NCBI GenBank assembly: GCA_051313645.2
Contig: JBNRSN020000009.1
Span: 39,804,001 to 39,868,000, forward strand
Length of the DNA: 64,000 bases
Direction of reading: 5' to 3'
Origin: Centroscyllium fabricii
Taxonomy: Eukaryota
Shown here: positions 58,332-64,000 of the stretch, piece by piece
Position numbering within the stretch: position 1 is the stretch's first letter
Layout of the letters: each line of letters begins with the position of its first letter
Notes under the pieces: model-generated
Told to the model about the DNA's origin: nothing
The model's input: the letters and a program-made list of their open reading frames with translations, nothing else
Databases searched by the model: none
Position numbers and translations under genes: made by a program

Positions 58332-59089
58332 GGCCCAGAAATTGCAGTGGAGCCTTCGTGCGGGTGCAGTGCCTGCTAGTTGCACTTGCACTGCCCATAA
58401 TCCGTTTTGCTTTTTTGCACTCAGTAATTCCTGTTAGCCCAGCTTGTCAGAGCTCTGTGCGAGCTTCATGGGCAACCGAACGGCGTAATTAGTGCGAGAT
58501 GGCTTTTGAGACCACGTGATTGGCAGGGAGCCAATCAGTGGAAGCAATCCTCCGTTCAAAACTTCCACTGAGAAATCTGTGTAAGTTTTCAATAAAGAGA
58601 TTACCCAAAAGACATCTAAACTCAAAAATAAAATTTTAAAAACACCACATTTCTTTAACATTACCCCAACTAACATAAATAACCTATTTTAAAGAAAAAA
58701 GAAAAATTGGCAGAAATTTTTTTCATCCTCTAAGAGGCCTAAAAAAATACTTACCTGTCTTTAAAGTTAACAATAACTAAAAACCTGAAAAAACAACACT
58801 TAAAATCAATAAAATACACACTTACCAGATAAAAATGGGTACTTACGACTCCTATTTTCCAGCGCTGAATTTTCTGCTCATAGAAAAACCAAAAAAAAAC
58901 CGGAATTACTGAACGTACCCCGTAGTTCGATGGTTCGTGCGTGAGCCATCGCAGGAACTCTGCCCCCCCCCTTCTGGCCGCCATCGGAATGACTGAAGCA
59001 CCGCAAATGGCTGCTTCATCCGAGATTAAGCTCTGGTGCGCTCGCACCAGAGCTCAAACGCGATATGGGCAGACTGGAATTTCTGGCCC
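58332..59089. mobile_element. Harbinger-like MITE; homologous copy at 42590-43356, related copy at 47639-48364
   Basis: TIRs GGCCCAGAAATT / AATTTCTGGCCC, TSD ATT, and collinear similarity to 42590-43356. Confidence 0.85.
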
Positions 59090-59696
59090 ATTATCTTTCA
59101 GAGGCTGATCAAACTGCTGTGCATTTCCAGCTCTTTCCGATTTAATCGAACATGGGGGTGATTTTAACTTCGGAGTCGGGACTACAACTTTCGGGGTTGT
59201 AGTCCCACCTCCATCGAGATGCGGCTAATCCACGCAATTTTAACATGATTGACCTTGTTGAGCCCGCCCAGCAGGCTCGGCAGGCCAATTACGGGCCACC
59301 CGGCAACAGATGACGTCACAGACTGAAATTTCAACTGTTTGAAGCTGTCAAAACCTGACAGTCTTACTTCTTGTGGTGATAGTTACCCTCCGCCCTGGTA
59401 GGGGGCGACAGAGGGTAAACGGAGAGAGAAAGGAAAATAAAGAAGCCTCGTGTTGATGGCTGAAGGAATACATCCTGTGTCCGTGTGTTGATCACATTAC
59501 ATGGTGACAGAAGTGACAAGGACCCGAAATACTCATGTTAAAGACTGTCCACGTCAATGGAACTAACTTTCCCAGTGAAACCAGTCAGCTCCTGGTGAGT
59601 GAAAGTTTACGATAGCTAGTTAAGCCAGGACGGAGATAAACAAGAGAGACTGAGAGAGAGAAAAAAAAGTGTACTTACCCCACGTTGCTTACTATC

Positions 59697-62600
59697 ATGG
59701 CCACTCAACGTCCTGCATTCTTTCAGATTTCTCCCCCCTCCGAATTTGATTTTACACGGCCAGAAGAGTGGCAGTTATGGCTCAACAGATTTGAATGCTT
59801 CAGACATGCTTCAGGCCTTGATAAACAGTCACAGGAAAGACAGGTCAACTCGCTATTATGTTCCATGGGAGCAGAGGCTGAAGCGATCGTCCGGTGCAGG
59901 AATATTACAGCTGATCAACTGAAAAGCTATGACACAGTTAAAATGGAGTTGTCTAATCATTTCATCCAGTGGAGGAATTTGATATTCGAATGCACAAGAT
60001 TGCATAGGCGCGTGCAGGAGAGAAGGGAATCGGGTGATAGCTTCATCAAAGCGCTATATGAGCTCAGAGAACACTGTGAATATGGAGCTATGTGGGATGA
60101 ACTAATTCATGATAGATTGGTTGTTGGACTAAGGGACCTTAAACTCTCTGGAAAATTACAGATGAATCTAGACCTCACAGTTGACAAAGCAAAAACACAG
60201 GTTATCCAAAGTGAAACAATAAAGAAACAGCAATCAATGCTTCAGAAAGATAGTAATGAGGAGGAGTCCATTGAAACCATAAGTGCCCCCCAACAATCAG
60301 GGCCCCAAAAACATTTTTTTTAACAAATCAAGACAAACTGACTCATGGATGTACAGAAGCCTCGCACTGGAACTCAAACTGGAACACATTTCCAACCACA
60401 AAGTGAAGTTGCAGATGGTGTGGCCGGAGTACACACAATAGACAAATCTGTCCAGCCAAAGATGTTAGCTGCAGGAATTGCCAGAAAAAGGGACATTTTG
60501 CTGCAGTTTGCCGATCCACACCTGCGGTTGCTGAAATATCAGAGGACGACGACAATAAGATAGCTTTCCTGGGGTCAGTTGGAGATGGGCAGGACCAGCC
60601 ATGGACCATCACCCTAAGCCTGTTTGGTCACATGACTGAATTAAAAAATCGATACAGGGGCTGATGCCACTGTCATCCCGAGTGCCTCTACAACGACCTC
60701 GGTCAAGAGGCTCTTCAGAGCACCCTAAGATTCTTCAGGGGCCTGGTCAAGTCCCGTTGAATGTCAGAGGAAAATTTTCAGCTACCCTGACCCGTGGTCC
60801 ACAGTCTACAAAACAGGACGTGTATGTGGTACGCGGTCTACGAACAGCACTCCTTGGTCGTCCCGCCATCATTTCCCTGCATCTAGTATCCAGGTTGGAC
60901 CCACAAGTAGCAGAAACAGTATCTACGGACCTCGAACGGGAGGTCAGACAGCGGTTCCCCAGACTGTTTCAAGGCATTGGGCGACTGCAAGAGGAGTATC
61001 ACATTCGCCTCAAGCCAGAGGCTAAACCTTTTGCTCTCTCTACACCCCGACGTGTCTTGCTCCCGCTTATGTCCAAAGTTAAGGTTGAACTCACCCACAT
61101 GGAGCAACTGGGGATAATTGCAAGAGTTGAGGAACCCACAGCCTGGTGCTCCAGGATGGTTGTAGTCCCAAAACCTAACGGAAAAATCAGAATCTGTGTA
61201 GACCTAACAAAACTCAATGAAAGTGGATGTAGAGAGCTGCATCTCTTACCCTGCGTAGAGCACACTCTGGGGCAGCTGAAAGATGCAAAGGTTTTTACAA
61301 AGCTTGGCGCTTAATCTGGTTTCTGGCAAATACCCTTGTCAGAGGAGTCAAAACGTCTTACCACGTACATCACGCCATTCGGACGTTACTGTTTCCACAG
61401 ACTGCCCTTTGGAATATCCTCTGCCCCTGAGCATTTCCAGTGCCGCATGTCCCGCCGCCTTGAGGGACTTGATGGGGTCTTATGCCAAATGGATGATGTG
61501 TTGGTGTTTGGCGCAACCCAAGAACAGCACGATCAGCGACGTTTTGCAATTTATGGTAAACTACAGCAAGCTGAACTTACTCTTAACTCCAAATGTGAAT
61601 TCACCAAAACACAGGTGGAAATTTCTCAGCCAGGTCATCGATGGGACCGGTGTCAGAGCAGATCCTGACAAAGCCAAAGCCCTCGCACACATGGCCGCGT
61701 CAAGGAATGTATCTGAAATACGCCGCTTCATGGGCCTGGTCAATCACTTGGGCAAATACATACCCGATCTAGCCGATAAAACCAAGCCACTCCGGAATCT
61801 CAACAGGCAGATCTCATGATATTGGGGAACCCAGCAGTCCCAAGCTTTCACTGAGATAAAGGCGGAGCTAACCACCCCGCCAGGCCTTGCACTGTATGAC
61901 CCCAATGCACTCACTAAAGTGTCAGCTGATGCCTCATCGTTTGGCTTGGGTGCAGTCCTTGTACAAAAGTGACCTGACACTGACTGGCGCCCTGTAGACT
62001 ATGCTTCACGAGCCCTTTCAAAAACAGAGCAGCGCTATGCGCAGATTGAAAAAGAGGCCCTGGCTATTACATGGGCGTGTGAGCGCTAGTGAGACTTCCT
62101 AATAGGCATGACATTCCAGGTCGAAACAGATCACAAGCCCCTCCTTACACTATTGGGATCTAAAAACTTGGACGAGTTGTCCCCCCGCATTCAGCGCTTT
62201 CGGATGTCACTCATGCACTTTCACTTCACTATATCACATGTGCCAGGGAAGAGCCTAGCAACTGCCGACGTCCTCGCCAGAGCTCCCTACCAGCCGCCGG
62301 TGGATGATTCCCCTGAGATGCAGTGCATAGAGAATTATGTACACTCAATACTCACTGCACTGCCCATTACCAAGAATCGCCTGGCTGCACTTCATCAAGA
62401 ACAGGAAATGGATGAACTACTTCATCAGGTCTTCACATACTGCCGTGAGGGCTGGCCAGATCATGCGAAATTTGACAACGCTCTTGGGCCTAGAAATTCG
62501 GTGGCTTGCACCTGCTGTTAGCACCCAAAAAGCGTGCTAATGGGGCGCAAGACACTTAGCGCCTGCACTACCACCTCCCGGGGTATTCAGTGGGGCGCTA

Positions 62601-64000
62601 AGATGGGCGATAACAGGTAGAGCCCCACTGAATATTGCACGCTGCTCTCCGCCGGGAATGCCATCATCAATGCGCGCAGCACCACTCTGGCGCCAGCAAT
62701 TGAAATTGAGTAGCGCCCGCTGAGTATTCGGCGGGCGCTGCCCGCGACAGCTTTTTCCTGCCGTAACTGCAACGGCGTAGCGCTGCTTAAAGGGGAGGGT
62801 GCCGGCCGGCCATTTTGATTGCTGGCCGACTGCCAGCATCTTCCCCCTCTGCTGCCCCCGGCCTCCCCCGCTGTCCCCCTCCCCCCCCCCGCGGTGTTCT
62901 ACCCCAACTCACTGAGCCCGCACTTCCCTCGAGTGCCAGGCTCCTTCAGTATCATGGCGTCCCGTGGCGGCCCTGCGGGGCTCCGGCCGCAACCACGCTA
63001 GGCCCCTCCCCTTTAATCAGGGAGGAAGGCCTGCAGTATCTCGGGGCACCACTCAATGCTGCATGTCGCAGCGACCCCCAGCACCCGGAACTTTGGCTGC
63101 AGCGCCTGAAGAACGAGGTCGGGCGCCTGTATTAGCGCCTCACCTCCTACTATGGGTGCTACAACCGAATTTCAGCGCTAACGTCACCAACGTTAGGCAG
63201 GCGCTAAAAGCGAGGTTAGCGCCAGGAAATATGCACCACCGAATTTCTATCCCTTAGACCTTACGCGGCCATTTCAGGTGACCTCACTATTGCACAAGGA
63301 TTGCTACTGCAAGGGTGCCGGTTGGTCATACCAGCATCAATGCAGAAAGACATTCTGGACAAACTGTATGATGGCCATCAAGGGATCACAAAATGCAGAG
63401 CACGAGCCAGGTGTTCTGTCTGGTGGCCTGCATTAAATGGTCAACGACAACGTAAAGTACAACAATGCCCAAGCTGCGCCCAAATGAGACAACAACCACC
63501 AGTGCCATTGATTCCAGATGACACCCTGAGGGCCCATGGCTGAATGTTAGGGCTGATCTATTTCATTTGGATAACTCAACTTACCTGGTAATGTTTGACT
63601 ACTTCTCTAAGTTCATTGAAGTTCTCTAGCTCCTCTCCACCACCTCACATGCAGTCGTTGAATGTATGAAATCCTGCTTTTCCTGCCTTGGGGTCCCCCT
63701 GCTGGTCTGAACAGATAATGGCCCCCAATTTGCCTCAGACACCTTTCGCTCATTTGCCGACAGTTGGGACTTCACCCATGTCATATCCAGTCCTCAGTAT
63801 CCTCAAAGCAATGGGGCTGCCGAGTGCACTGTCCAGACAGCCAAACAGCTTTTTAAAAAGTCACCTGACCCATACCGGGCACTCCTTGCATACCGCTCCA
63901 CACCTCTTTCTAGCAGATTCTGTCCTGCTGAGTTGCTACAAGGCAGAAAACTTCGTGCAGCCGTGCCAACTATGCCAACACTCCTGACCCCAGGCTGGCC
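59697..64000 (+). pseudogene. gag-pol pseudogene of Gypsy C
   Basis: Gag (FDFTRPEEW..W..RFE.FR.ASGL), RT (KIRICVDLTKLN, RLPFGISSAPEHFQ, QMDD), RNase H (ETDHKPL) and integrase (GHQGITKC..WWP) are split over several frames by stops and frameshifts, with a MITE inserted at 62487-63253. Confidence 0.9.
62487..63253. mobile_element. GC-rich Harbinger-like MITE inside Gypsy C pol
   Basis: TIRs GGCCTAGAAATTCGGTGG / CCACCGAATTTCTATCCC, TSD TTG/TTA. Removing it restores the reading ...NALRPY... Confidence 0.85.

Larger units (their letters stand above)
59372..64000 (+). mobile_element. Degraded Gypsy retrotransposon C (Mag-like), running off the window end
   Basis: Short TG...CA LTR at about 59372-59501 with AATAAA. 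PBS TGGTGACAGAAGTG (59502-59515) resembles a tRNA-Leu PBS. gag and pol remnants follow. Confidence 0.88.

Noticed and set aside
41727-64000. Final SLC38A3 exons (GATSAP.LIFIFP...)
   Set aside because: Not found by eye; they probably lie beyond the window, though a diverged exon could have been missed.

Overview
This is vertebrate genomic DNA, most likely from a shark or other cartilaginous fish, judged from HE1-like V-SINEs, Deu-domain SINEs and abundant CR1 LINEs; it is not prokaryotic. The only host gene is on the + strand. Seven consecutive internal coding exons of an SLC38 sodium-coupled neutral amino-acid transporter (best match SLC38A3/SNAT3) lie between 12500 and 41726, all with AG/GT boundaries and matching phases. 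The flanking exons were not found in the window. The introns are a dense, nested set of transposons. There are two young full-length Gypsy LTR retrotransposons: A (+ strand, single ORF, no tRNA primer-binding site (PBS) but a 13-nt self-complementary one, YLDN in RT) and B (- strand, PNMA-type Gag, -1 frameshift to Pol, tRNA-Pro PBS). Also present: one decayed Gypsy (C), four solo LTRs with 5-bp target-site duplications (TSDs), CR1, Rex1/Babar-like, RTE and Penelope fragments, three SINE families, Harbinger-like and Tc1/mariner-like MITEs, and non-coding retroelements carrying minisatellites. Family names come from motif recognition, not database searches, and boundaries of degraded repeats are approximate. 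The best candidate for an under-described mechanism is the LTR poly(A)-signal/PBS duplex of Gypsy A.
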